A DNA stretch of 64,000 bases, from the NCBI GenBank assembly GCA_963850305.1, contig CAWKKR010000008.1, positions 1,344,001 through 1,408,000 on the forward strand. Reading direction: 5' to 3'. The position numbers and the translations under genes were made by a program. Position 1 is the first letter of the stretch. Every line of letters starts with the position of its first letter. Below are positions 44,949-54,367 of the stretch, piece after piece. The notes under the pieces are model-generated. The model saw only the letters and a list, made by a program, of their open reading frames with translations, was not told where the DNA came from and searched no databases. This stretch comes from an uncultured delta proteobacterium (GTDB lineage: Bacteria > Myxococcota_A > Polyangia > Polyangiales > Polyangiaceae).

Positions 44949-46337
44949 TCACTTTCTTCCCGGTTTGAAGATGAAGGGGAACGCCGCGTTCGTGCCCTTG
45001 TCGGCCGTGGGGAAGCGCAACCTGCCGAATTGACGCAGAATGCAGCCCTCCACGCGGGCGTTCCCCAGCGTCGAATTCTGGATGTGCGAGGACGAAACGT
45101 CCCCGCCCGGAGTGATACCGAAGCTCACGGTCACGCCGCCGGACAGGCTCGGTTCGCGCGCGGACGCGGCCTCGTAGCATGCTCGGAATGCCCCGAAGCG
45201 CGACATCACGACCCGCATCACCTGGGCGGGCGTGAGCCCGTGCCCCGGTTGCGGAGCGTCCGCGCCCGCCACCTTGCGCTCCCCCGTCCCTTCACCGGCG
45301 CCTTCGCCTGCGCCGCCGCCGCCCCGTCCCACGCCACCATGCCCGCGTCCGCCGGGACCCCCCGCGCCCGATCCGAAGCCGCCACCGTTACCGGGACCCC
45401 ACCCTGTTTGCATCGTGCCGGCGCCGAAGGGAACGCCCTCCGAGTCGCCGCCGCCGCCGTTCCCGCCGCCCTTGAACCCGAGTCCAGCTCCGCGGCCGAG
45501 CACGATCTTGTCGGACCCGAGTCCACCCAGCGCGTCCGCGACGGAGCTGATCGACCCGAGGGTTTTTTCTATCTCGTGTCCGACGTCGCTCGAGAGCACT
45601 TCCGACATTCCGCCCAGGTTTTGCTTCACCTCGCCGGTCTGTTCGGTGTGATCTCGATCGCCGTTCCTGCCGAGCGCGCCTTCCGAGCCTCTCGCTTTCT
45701 TTCCGCCGCCGGACTTGTGATTGTCCTTCGCGCCCGGATCTTTTACTCCTTGTCCCGAGTCGCTCTGCTTGTTTCCGGTCGTTGGCGGCGGAGTCTCGTC
45801 GTCTTCGAGATGAAACTTGACGGCGAGATCTTCCGCCGATGTCAGCTCGAGCGGCTTGTCGAGGGCGCGGGGGGTCGTGAGGAGCGCGAGCAATACGAGT
45901 CCGCCGCCGATGCACGTAACCGCGAACAGGAACGACAGGATGAGCACCCAGTCGAACTGGAACCTGCCCCCGAGGCGCGGCGGTGGCAGAACGAACTGAA
46001 AAAAGATGGAGAGCGAGCCGTACTGCAGGAGCCCGTGGTCACCGGACACGATCGGGATAGGAGCCCCCGAGCGCGCCAGGTCGACGGGGTTTTCACTCCG
46101 TCCGCGCAGGTAAATGACGCCGTCCGTTGCGCCGCTCGCGTCGAGTTCCCAGCCAGCTCCGGCCGCGCGCACGGGAAAGCTCGAAATCGGCCTGCCATCG
46201 GGCTTCGGCAGTACCGCTTCCTTCGTGTCGCCGACCTCGAGCGACTCGCCTGGGTGCAGGTGCCGAACGGCGAGTACCGTCGTTCCCCAGACCGCGGCGG
46301 TTCTGAGGACGTTCGATGACGCGCCCGGCGTGCTCAT
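44949..46337 (-). CDS. AgmX/PglI (GltG-like) TonB-C-type domain protein
   Basis: Single TM helix, Gly-rich linker, C-terminal FRACYE...PSLSGGVTVSFGI.P.G.V...VEGCI...LRFP...FPFIF. Confidence 0.8.
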   Translation of the reverse strand: MSTPGASSNVLRTAAVWGTTVLAVRHLHPGESLEVGDTKEAVLPKPDGRPISSFPVRAAGAGWELDASGATDGVIYLRGRSENPVDLARSGAPIPIVSGDHGLLQYGSLSIFFQFVLPPPRLGGRFQFDWVLILSFLFAVTCIGGGLVLLALLTTPRALDKPLELTSAEDLAVKFHLEDDETPPPTTGNKQSDSGQGVKDPGAKDNHKSGGGKKARGSEGALGRNGDRDHTEQTGEVKQNLGGMSEVLSSDVGHEIEKTLGSISSVADALGGLGSDKIVLGRGAGLGFKGGGNGGGGDSEGVPFGAGTMQTGWGPGNGGGFGSGAGGPGGRGHGGVGRGGGGAGEGAGEGTGERKVAGADAPQPGHGLTPAQVMRVVMSRFGAFRACYEAASAREPSLSGGVTVSFGITPGGDVSSSHIQNSTLGNARVEGCILRQFGRLRFPTADKGTNAAFPFIFKPGRK

Positions 46338-46771
46338 CGGAAAGCGGGCTTTCGCTCGGTCTCCGACAGCTCACGTAGGAACGAGCGATGCCCCAAATCA
46401 GAAGCGTCGAACTCAGCGCGGACGCGTCTCAGGAAATAGATGAGCTGCGGCGAGCGCAGCCGACCCTCGACTTCCACCGCGCCGAACTTGTAGGTCTTTA
46501 CGCCCTCCTTGTCGGCCTCGGTTTTGACCTCGGTGACCGGATTGGCAGGAGGGTTTGTTGGCGCGACTTTGTCCTCCGTCGCTCTCCCGTGAGGCGAAGA
46601 AGAAGCGGCCGGAGCCGGCACTGCGGTCACGGCAGTCCGCGGCGAATGACGCTTCGCGGGTCGCGCCTTGCCCGCACCAAAGCTCGACGTCGTCACGAGC
46701 GCCGAAGCGAGCACGAACACCCAGCCGCCGATGCGCCCGCGACCTCCCTTCGTCGACCGTCGTTCGGACAT
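46334..46771 (-). CDS. Small exported protein, CglF/GltF-like
   Basis: Signal peptide; KTYKFGAVEVEGRLRSPQ...RSFLREL resembles the GltF/CglF pattern; overlaps the start of the GltG-like gene. Confidence 0.55.
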   Translation of the reverse strand: MSERRSTKGGRGRIGGWVFVLASALVTTSSFGAGKARPAKRHSPRTAVTAVPAPAASSSPHGRATEDKVAPTNPPANPVTEVKTEADKEGVKTYKFGAVEVEGRLRSPQLIYFLRRVRAEFDASDLGHRSFLRELSETERKPAFR

Positions 46772-46961
46772 GGGATTTCGAGAGCTTAACCCGATCCCGT
46801 CGGGGGCTAGAAGGCGCGGCAGGCTCATCGGAGCGGGCCAATCGAGGATTACTGAACCTGCGTGCGGTTCCTCGCGCGTCCGTCCCTCGATTTCGAGAAG
46901 GTTTGACTCGCCTTCGGCTTGCGTGGACCAAGGGCTAAGACTAGGGTGTGCGCCCTTCATC

Positions 46962-47273
46962 ATGGCAACGGCGGTCATTCGAACTGGCGGTAAGCAATAC
47001 CGCGTCACCGAGGGCGATACGCTGTCGGTCGAGCTTCTCGGCGGCAGTCCCGGAGACGTGGTCGAGTTCTCGGAGGTTCTGCTCGTCGGTGGAGACACAC
47101 CGAAAATTGGAGCTCCCCTCGTCGCAGGCGCCAAGGTGCGCGCCGAGATCGTCCGGCATGACCGCGGCGAGCGGCTGGTCGTATTCAAGTTCAAGCGACG
47201 CAAGCGCTTCAAGAAGCGGAACGGACACCGACAGCATCTCACGTCCGTGAAGATCACTTCCATCCAGGGTTAA
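46962..47273 (+). CDS. rplU: 50S ribosomal protein L21
   Basis: [16 protein letters not shown]...GHRQ. Confidence 0.97.
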   Translation: MATAVIRTGGKQYRVTEGDTLSVELLGGSPGDVVEFSEVLLVGGDTPKIGAPLVAGAKVRAEIVRHDRGERLVVFKFKRRKRFKKRNGHRQHLTSVKITSIQG

Positions 47274-47277
47274 GCGA

Positions 47278-47541
47278 ATGGCACACAAAAAGGGCGGCGG
47301 CTCGACCCGCAACGGACGTGAATCCAACTCCCAGCGACGCGGCGTGAAGGTTTACGGCGGCGAACAGGTGAACGCCGGCGGCATCCTCGTGCGCCAGGTC
47401 GGTCAAACGATTGCTCCGGGTCGTAACGTCGGGCTCGGTCGCGACTTCACTCTCTTCGCCCTCGTGACCGGCCAGGTCGCTTACGAATGGGTGAACAAGA
47501 AGAAGAAGCGCGTCTCCGTTTACCCGGCCCAAGTGGTTTGA
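47278..47541 (+). CDS. rpmA: 50S ribosomal protein L27
   Basis: [16 protein letters not shown]...GRDFTLFAL. Confidence 0.98.
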   Translation: MAHKKGGGSTRNGRESNSQRRGVKVYGGEQVNAGGILVRQVGQTIAPGRNVGLGRDFTLFALVTGQVAYEWVNKKKKRVSVYPAQVV

Positions 47542-49334
47542 GCGGGGTACGAGCATTGCCGCGCATCGCGGTGCTGCCGCCCGGTTTGGCCAGCCAGATC
47601 GCTGCCGGAGAAGTGGTCGAGCGACCCGCGAGCGCGGTCAAGGAGCTCGTCGAGAACGCCGTCGATGCAGGGGCGACGCGAGTTGACGTCGAAATGGACG
47701 GCGGCGGCATCACGCGCCTGCTCGTTTCCGACGACGGCCATGGGATGGATGAAGCGGACGCGCGCCTCGCCGTCGAGCGTCACGCGACGAGCAAGCTGTT
47801 CGCGTTCGGCGACCTTGCGCGCGTCACGACGTACGGTTTCCGCGGCGAGGCGCTGCCGAGCATCGCCTCCGTGAGCAGATTTTCGATGCGCACGCGCCGC
47901 GCCGGCGACGAAGCAGCGACCAGCGTCGTGGTCGAGGGAGGCGCGTCGCCCATCGTCTCGATCGCCGGTGCCCCCGTGGGCACGACGATCGAAGTTCGAG
48001 ATCTCTTCTACAACGTGATTCCGAGGCGCAAATTCCTGCGATCGGCGAACACCGAGTCCGGCCACGTCGCTGACGTCGTCGAGGTTGCTGCGCTGATGCG
48101 ACCCGACATCACTTTCACCGTTTCGCGCGATGGGCGGCGCGTCCGTGAATGGCTCCGCGCCGAGTCGCGCGAAGAGCGGATCCAGAGCCTGCTCGGCGAC
48201 GGGCTGACTCGCGTGACGGGAGAGCGGGGCCCTCTGTCCATCGAGGCGTTTCTGTCGCGCCCGGAACACGCCCGCGCGGGCGCCGGTGGTCTCCGGCTCC
48301 TCGTCAATGCGCGACCCGTCCGGGACCGCTCACTCGTTCACACGATCGCACAGGCATACGGCAGCATCCTGGAGCGGGGGCGCTATCCGCGCGGCGTCGT
48401 GTATCTCGAGCTCCCGCCGTCTCTCGTCGACGTCAACGTGCATCCGCAAAAAGAGGAGGTGCGATTCGCCGACCCTCGCGCCGTGACGGACGCCGTTTAT
48501 CACACGCTCAGCACGGCCCTCGCTCGCGCATTTGCGTTGCCGACGCCGTCGCGGTCGCCCTGGGTCCAGCGGCCATCGCCGGCCGCGTTCGTCGTCCGCT
48601 CGATCGACGCGCAGTCGCCGCCCGACGTGTCCTCCCGGATAGCGACGGTTCCCGACGCGCGGGAAGTCGAGCCGATGGATCTTGCGGCTCACGCGCCCGA
48701 CCGCGCGCTCGAGGTTCGGGATTCGGCCGCGCCTATTCAACCGGGCCCCGCCCTCCGCTGGGCGAGTCTTCGGTTCGTCGCCCAGGTCCGTCAGACCTAC
48801 CTGATCTGCGAAGGTCAAGAAGGGCTTTACGTCATCGACCAGCATGCCGCCGCGGAACGCGTGAACTTCGATCGTCTGCGCAAGCAATATCGCTCGCGTG
48901 CGGTTCCGTCCCAGACACTGCTCTTTCCGATCACCATCCATGTCAATCCTCCGGAGAGCGAGATCATCGGGCAGAAGTCCGAGAACTTCGCGTCGCTCGG
49001 GCTCGATCTCCGCGTCCGCGGGCCGGAGATGGTGAGCGTCCATTCGGTCCCGAGGCTCCTGTCGCGCGCGAGTCCCGAGCGCCTGGTACGTGACCTGCTC
49101 ACCGAGGTGACGCGCGTCGGCGGGCGGGCGTTCAGCGATGCTGTCGATCTGGCGCTCGCGACGATGGCTTGCCATGGCTCGATTCGCGCCGGGGATCCGC
49201 TCGAGGAGGGGGAAGCAACGGCGTTGTTAAGCGCCCTGGATCTCGCGGACTTCGCCGGCCATTGTCCGCACGGTCGTCCCGTCGTCGCCGTGACGAGCTG
49301 GAGCGAGCTCGAGCGCAAAGTCGGCCGACGCTGA
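47538..49334 (+). CDS. mutL: DNA mismatch repair endonuclease MutL
   Basis: [48 protein letters not shown] start inferred. Confidence 0.96.
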   Translation: MSGVRALPRIAVLPPGLASQIAAGEVVERPASAVKELVENAVDAGATRVDVEMDGGGITRLLVSDDGHGMDEADARLAVERHATSKLFAFGDLARVTTYGFRGEALPSIASVSRFSMRTRRAGDEAATSVVVEGGASPIVSIAGAPVGTTIEVRDLFYNVIPRRKFLRSANTESGHVADVVEVAALMRPDITFTVSRDGRRVREWLRAESREERIQSLLGDGLTRVTGERGPLSIEAFLSRPEHARAGAGGLRLLVNARPVRDRSLVHTIAQAYGSILERGRYPRGVVYLELPPSLVDVNVHPQKEEVRFADPRAVTDAVYHTLSTALARAFALPTPSRSPWVQRPSPAAFVVRSIDAQSPPDVSSRIATVPDAREVEPMDLAAHAPDRALEVRDSAAPIQPGPALRWASLRFVAQVRQTYLICEGQEGLYVIDQHAAAERVNFDRLRKQYRSRAVPSQTLLFPITIHVNPPESEIIGQKSENFASLGLDLRVRGPEMVSVHSVPRLLSRASPERLVRDLLTEVTRVGGRAFSDAVDLALATMACHGSIRAGDPLEEGEATALLSALDLADFAGHCPHGRPVVAVTSWSELERKVGRR

Positions 49335-49337
49335 ACC

Positions 49338-50339
49338 TCAGTGAGCGAGCCACCGCGAGGGCGGCGCGGGCGCAAATTGCCCCGGAAACGGATTGGCGGT
49401 CTCGCGGCGCTGGAGCTCTTGCGGTGTCCAGCGCAGATCGGTGCCGCGCTCGTTGAAGATCGCCACGCCCACGACGCCCACGTTCCTGTCCTTGCCCATG
49501 CGGCTCGCATACGAGTCGCTCACCTTGCCGAAGCGGAACGCTCGAACGAACCCTTGGCTCTCGCGAAATCCTTCGATGTCGAGCGTGTCGTACGGCCCGA
49601 CCACGTATCCCCGCTTCTCGAAACTGCCGTCTCCGCCGTCGACGACGTCGAGTCCATCCACGCTCGCCACCGTTTCCAGTCGAAATGGCGACCGATTGTC
49701 GATGCGCACGATGTACCGATCGCCGTCGTGTCCGATGGCCGTCGTCCGCCCGTCGATGAAGGCGGCGCGGAGCGGCCGACCGCTCTCGTCGACCAGACTC
49801 ACGATCACGTTCCCGTTCGCGAGCGGCATGACGCTATCACCCCAATCGACGAACCTTCCATGGCTCTCGGCGCTCACGCCAGCCTCGTCGTTGTAAAAGA
49901 AGGAGGCTGCGGCAAAAGGGTGTTCGTCGCTCTGACGTTCGAAGGTAGTCGTCGAAACGCGGCTCGCGACCGACTCTCCCCAGGACGTTCCGAGACCCAG
50001 GCGCGATTTTTTCTCCGCTCGATCGAGCTCCGCGGGGGCTCCGGACCCGGCGAGCGCGTCGTCGTTGCTCGGCGCGGCCGACCCTGCAGATGCGCGTGAC
50101 GCCGCTTCGGGTTCGTCTCTCGGCGCCGGTGGAGCCTGGGGCTCGTCTCTCGGCCCCGGTGGAGCTGCAGCGACGCGGGGGAGCTCCTCGACGTCCGTCG
50201 CGGGCGCATCGCCAGGGAAGGGCCGAGCCTGGTGACCGAAATGCGCCGGAGTTCCGGTCGCTTCCGGCGTGGCGCCGTGACCGCAGCCCGTGAGCGCGAG
50301 TGACGTCAGGAAACCGAGAATCGAGACTCTTGCGACCAT
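49338..50339 (-). CDS. Hypothetical lipoprotein
   Basis: Lipobox LTGC; GLGTSWGE; SVDGLDVVDG...KRGYVV...IEGFR...NVGVVGVAIF. Confidence 0.75.
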   Translation of the reverse strand: MVARVSILGFLTSLALTGCGHGATPEATGTPAHFGHQARPFPGDAPATDVEELPRVAAAPPGPRDEPQAPPAPRDEPEAASRASAGSAAPSNDDALAGSGAPAELDRAEKKSRLGLGTSWGESVASRVSTTTFERQSDEHPFAAASFFYNDEAGVSAESHGRFVDWGDSVMPLANGNVIVSLVDESGRPLRAAFIDGRTTAIGHDGDRYIVRIDNRSPFRLETVASVDGLDVVDGGDGSFEKRGYVVGPYDTLDIEGFRESQGFVRAFRFGKVSDSYASRMGKDRNVGVVGVAIFNERGTDLRWTPQELQRRETANPFPGQFAPAPPSRWLAH

Positions 50340-50474
50340 TCCGTTTGCCTCCATTTGATGATTCGACGGATGAGTCCGGAAAAAGTGCTGCGCGTTCTGA
50401 TCGAGTTTCGACCACGGTCGGGTAAGACACTCTGCGACCGTGTCTCCACACGATGCCAGGAGTGACGAAGGCGA

Positions 50475-51380
50475 ATGACGGATCCTGCGCTGCCGCTGCT
50501 CGTGATCGTCGGACCAACGGCATCCGGCAAGACGGCCCTCGCGGTGCGTGCGGCGGAGGTGCTGGGAGGCGAGATCGTCAGCGCCGACAGTGTCCAGATC
50601 TATCGCCGATTCGACATCGGTTCGGGCAAGCCGAGTGCCGAGGAGCGGCGGGGCGTGCCCCATCACCTCATCGACGCCGTCGAGCCGCTCGCACCGATGG
50701 ACGCAGCGCGATGGGCGTCTCTCGCCTCGGACGCGATCGACGGGATCCGTGCGCGCGGCCGCGTGCCGATCGTGTGCGGCGGCACGTTCCTGTGGGTTCG
50801 CGCGTTACTGTTCGGACTGTCGCGTGCGCCGCCCGCGGACGAGCGAGTGCGCGCCCGACACGAGGCGCTGGTTGCCTCCGAGGGTCGAGCCGCGCTTCAC
50901 GCTCTCCTGGCCCGCGTGGATGAAGCGACGGCCTCGCGCCTCGCGCCGAACGACTTCGTTCGGGTCAGCCGCGCGCTCGAGGTCCATGAGCTGACGGGAA
51001 CCCCGCTCAGCGACTGGCACGCCGCCCACGGCTTTCGAGACCCGAAGTACGACGCGCGTCTGGTCGGCGTGCAATGGACGCCCGACGAACTGTCCGTCCG
51101 CATCGCGACCCGCGTGGCCTCGATGCTGACGGCCGGCTGGGTCGACGAGGTTCGCGCGCTCGTGGCGGAGGGCTTCCGCGCCGCGCGCGCGATGACGTCC
51201 GTCGGCTACCGTCAGATCGCCGACGCGGTCGAGCGGGGCGCGCCCGATCTGGCGACGCTGGAGCGGGAGATTGTCCGGGCCACGCGCGTCTTCGCTCGTC
51301 GTCAGCGCACCTGGTTACGAGACGAACCCGTGGAGTGGCTATCGCCGATCGACGCGGTGGGTTTCAAGGGCCGGGCTTGA
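50475..51380 (+). CDS. miaA: tRNA dimethylallyltransferase
   Basis: GPTASGKT, SADSVQIYR..DIGSGKP, PHHLID, FARRQRTW. Confidence 0.96.
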   Translation: MTDPALPLLVIVGPTASGKTALAVRAAEVLGGEIVSADSVQIYRRFDIGSGKPSAEERRGVPHHLIDAVEPLAPMDAARWASLASDAIDGIRARGRVPIVCGGTFLWVRALLFGLSRAPPADERVRARHEALVASEGRAALHALLARVDEATASRLAPNDFVRVSRALEVHELTGTPLSDWHAAHGFRDPKYDARLVGVQWTPDELSVRIATRVASMLTAGWVDEVRALVAEGFRAARAMTSVGYRQIADAVERGAPDLATLEREIVRATRVFARRQRTWLRDEPVEWLSPIDAVGFKGRA

Positions 51381-52384
51381 GGCCCAGCGACGCGTCGAGG
51401 AACTCGAGGAACGTCTCCGGTAGCTTCGAGGGCTTTGCGAGCACCACGTCCGAGGGCTCGGCGACTACCGCGGGACGTTCCACGATGAGGGGCGCCGCAC
51501 TTGCGGCGTGCATGCTCGGCGGCACCGACGCGGCGAACCCCGGCGACGTCAGCGACTCGGGCGCGGCCTGCGCCACCGGCTCGAGGCTAGTCTGGTGACG
51601 CGCGAGAATCGGCCTGCACGTCCGAAGGCGGCGCGAGGTCGGCGTGATAGCCGCCCGAGAACTCCTGTCGCGGGAGCGAAAGCTCGAGCTCATCGAGCGC
51701 GTCGGGCTTCTCGTCGGCCTCGGGGAGCGCGGCGAGCTCGAGCCGAGCTCCCGGCGCGTCGGCTCCTTCCAGCTCGACGGTTTCACCGAGTTGCTCCATC
51801 GTTGGAACGCCCGGTGGCGCCTTCGGAATCGGGCCACCCGAAAGGTCGGGTTGCAACAGGTCATCGACGTCGGCACCCCCGCCGAGATCCGCTTCCTCGG
51901 CCTCGTCCTCGCGGTAGGCGACGGCCGGGGCGGCGGGTGCCACGGGCGCCATGATCTGCCGCCCCGATTCTGGCGGCGGGGTCTTGATGGGGGCCTCGTG
52001 TTCCGCCTCGTCCCGGAGCGCGTGCGCCGGTCGTGGAGCGGACTCGGGGACCGGCTCTTCACCGTCGAGATCCGCATCGAGGGTTCGCGCCGCAGTCGTG
52101 GGTTCCGCGAGCTCGACAATCTCCGCGTCCATCATGTCGATCTCTTCCAGCTCGGCCTGCTCCGGTTCCGGGGCGGGCAGCGCTCGAACGGGCTCCGGCA
52201 TGGGCGTAGGTCGCGTTCTCGTTGCGTCCACGCGGGCGGTCGGAGGCAGCGCGCTCGGCGGCGATGCTTCGGCAGTAGCACTCGATCGGGCGGGGCCGTG
52301 CGTCCCCGCCCGTGGAGCTTCCGAATTTTTCCGGATTCGCTCGAGCAGTGATTCGAGCTTTGCGATCTGTTTCTGGACGTTCAA
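51364..52384 (-). CDS. Hypothetical acidic/Pro-rich protein split by a probable 1-nt insertion at ~51607
   Basis: ORF 51587-52384 continues in the frame ending FLEFLDASLGLKPGP; removing one base gives ...VQADLARHQTS... Confidence 0.6.
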
Positions 52385-52400
52385 CGGGGCCTGCCTCGAT

Positions 52401-52943
52401 CTATGGAGACGCGTTCAGCCGCGTCAGAGCGTCGCCCCACGACGAGCCCTGAGTGAGCCACTTCTCGACCGTCGCGGCTGACGCGCGGTTCACCGCGACG
52501 AGGCGAGCTTTGCTATCGGTTCGATCCAGCGGGACGATCGCGCCGTCCCGCGACAGCGCGCGTTGCAGCGCGCCTTCGAGAATCGCCGAGAGCATGCGGT
52601 CACCGCCGGCCCCGAGGGGTGAGTTGGTCACGGTGAAGACGAGCGCGCGTCCCCAGACCTCCACGCCGAGAGAGCCAAGGCCCGACAGGGCGAGCTCGCC
52701 GCCGAGGTGTTCGACGAAGGCTGCGATCGAGCTCGTACCGTCGATGCGGGAGGCGACGCGACGCCCCATCTCGGTGCCCAGGTGGCGCCCGAAATCCGTC
52801 GTGCCCTCCGTGCCTGCGCTTTTGCACAGCGCGGCAAGCGCTTCCGTGGGAACCAAGAGTCGTGCGTCGGCGCCGTCCAACGACACGTGCCCGCGACCGA
52901 GTTCGAACCGAACGGAGTGAGTGGGATTGAAGGGCTTCGTCAT
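52401..52943 (-). CDS. Hypothetical protein (V4R-like pattern)
   Basis: ARLLVPTEALAAL...FGRHLG...LSGLGSL pattern; ATG at 52943. Confidence 0.6.
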   Translation of the reverse strand: MTKPFNPTHSVRFELGRGHVSLDGADARLLVPTEALAALCKSAGTEGTTDFGRHLGTEMGRRVASRIDGTSSIAAFVEHLGGELALSGLGSLGVEVWGRALVFTVTNSPLGAGGDRMLSAILEGALQRALSRDGAIVPLDRTDSKARLVAVNRASAATVEKWLTQGSSWGDALTRLNASP

Positions 52944-52994
52944 CACGGATCGGAAGACGCGCGATCGAGCGCGATTTTGCGAGTATAGGCGGGG

Positions 52995-54367
52995 TGTGCG
53001 ACGGGCTGTCAAATGCCGCGGGGGTTTCTGGCGAGCCGCGCTCCTGGCGAGCCTCTTCCTGGCGTCCCCGAGCCACCCGCAGCTCTTGCTCGGACAGGGG
53101 CCGAACGTGCCGCGTCCCCCGCCGACGCTCGACCCACGACTCCCGCGTGGCGCGGCGCAGGTCTTCGACGAGCGGCCGACCACGCCCGCGGTCTGCTCCT
53201 TCAAATACCCGGTTTGTTTCCACGCCGCACCAACAAAACTAAAAGAAAATCAGATGCTTGAATGGGTCGGTGCCCTCGAATCCGCGTACGAGCGGCTCGT
53301 GGTCTTGCTCGGACTGCCCGCACCGCTCGACGACGTGAATCACGGGGGCGGTCCGAACTTCGATGTGTACTTCGTGCCCGGTGCGCATGGCGTTCATGCC
53401 TCGCCCGATGCGGTGGATGAAGCCGCGGCGCACGATTCGGCGTCCGCATTCTGCGTCGTCGGCGACGACGCGCTCCCGATCGCTCGGGCAGCCACTCTGT
53501 GTCTCGGCGAGGCGATCGCGTTCGAGCTCGACGCGAGCGAGACGCCGTTTTCGCGCCGCGCGCTCGCGACCGAGCTCTGGCTCACGACGGGGACGCCGAC
53601 GTCCGCGGATGCGCGGGCCATCGATGACGTGCAAGCGTCGCCCGAACGCGCGATCGTCGCGCGCGACGCATCGAGTCGCGCGGAAGGGGGCGCGCTGCTC
53701 CTCGAATATCTCGACCGCGCGAAGGGCCGCGGCGCGCCTGCCGAAGTCGGACTCGCGACGTACGCGCTCTCTGCCGGCAAGCGGAGTCCGGCCGGATTGC
53801 GGTGGGTGAACGAGCCCGACACGCTCGACGTCCTTCGCGCGACGTTCGGCCCGACACCGAGCGACGTGGCGCGTTTGTTTGCCGATTTCGCCGTCGATCG
53901 CGCTTTTCTCGGCTCGCGCGACTCCCAGGGGCTCTGGCCGTCGTTGCGATGGGTCGGCGATTTCGGCCGGGTGCGCTTCGAGTGGAGCGTGCGGATTCAG
54001 CTCGTTTCCGCGTCGGCTGGCTCCGGCGCGGCCGGTCGAACCGACGGGCTCGACGTATCTATGGGTCACGCTCGACGAGCCGCCGCCCGTGCAAGGGTTC
54101 GGGTTCGAGGCGGACTGGGAGCCACCGGCCGCGTTTCGGTGGGCGCTGGTCGCGGTGGACGCTCGCGGTGTTCCATTGCGACGCATCGACGTTCCTTTTC
54201 TGGAGCGCGAGACTCACGTGGAGCGCATCATCGGCGATCTCACCGGTGCGGCGGGGGTGCTGATCGCGGGAACGAACCTCGGCGGGCTGGGTCCTAGCTA
54301 TCCGTTCGATCCCGATTTCGAGCCTTACGAGCCCCACGCCTATACCGTCTACCTCGCCATGCCATGA
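52995..54367 (+). CDS. Hypothetical exported protein split by a probable 1-nt insertion at ~53993
   Basis: Frame of 52921-54297 reads well up to FEWSVR, then continues in the frame of 53879-54367 (FSSFPRRLAPARPVEPTGSTYLWV...). Start uncertain. Confidence 0.6.
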
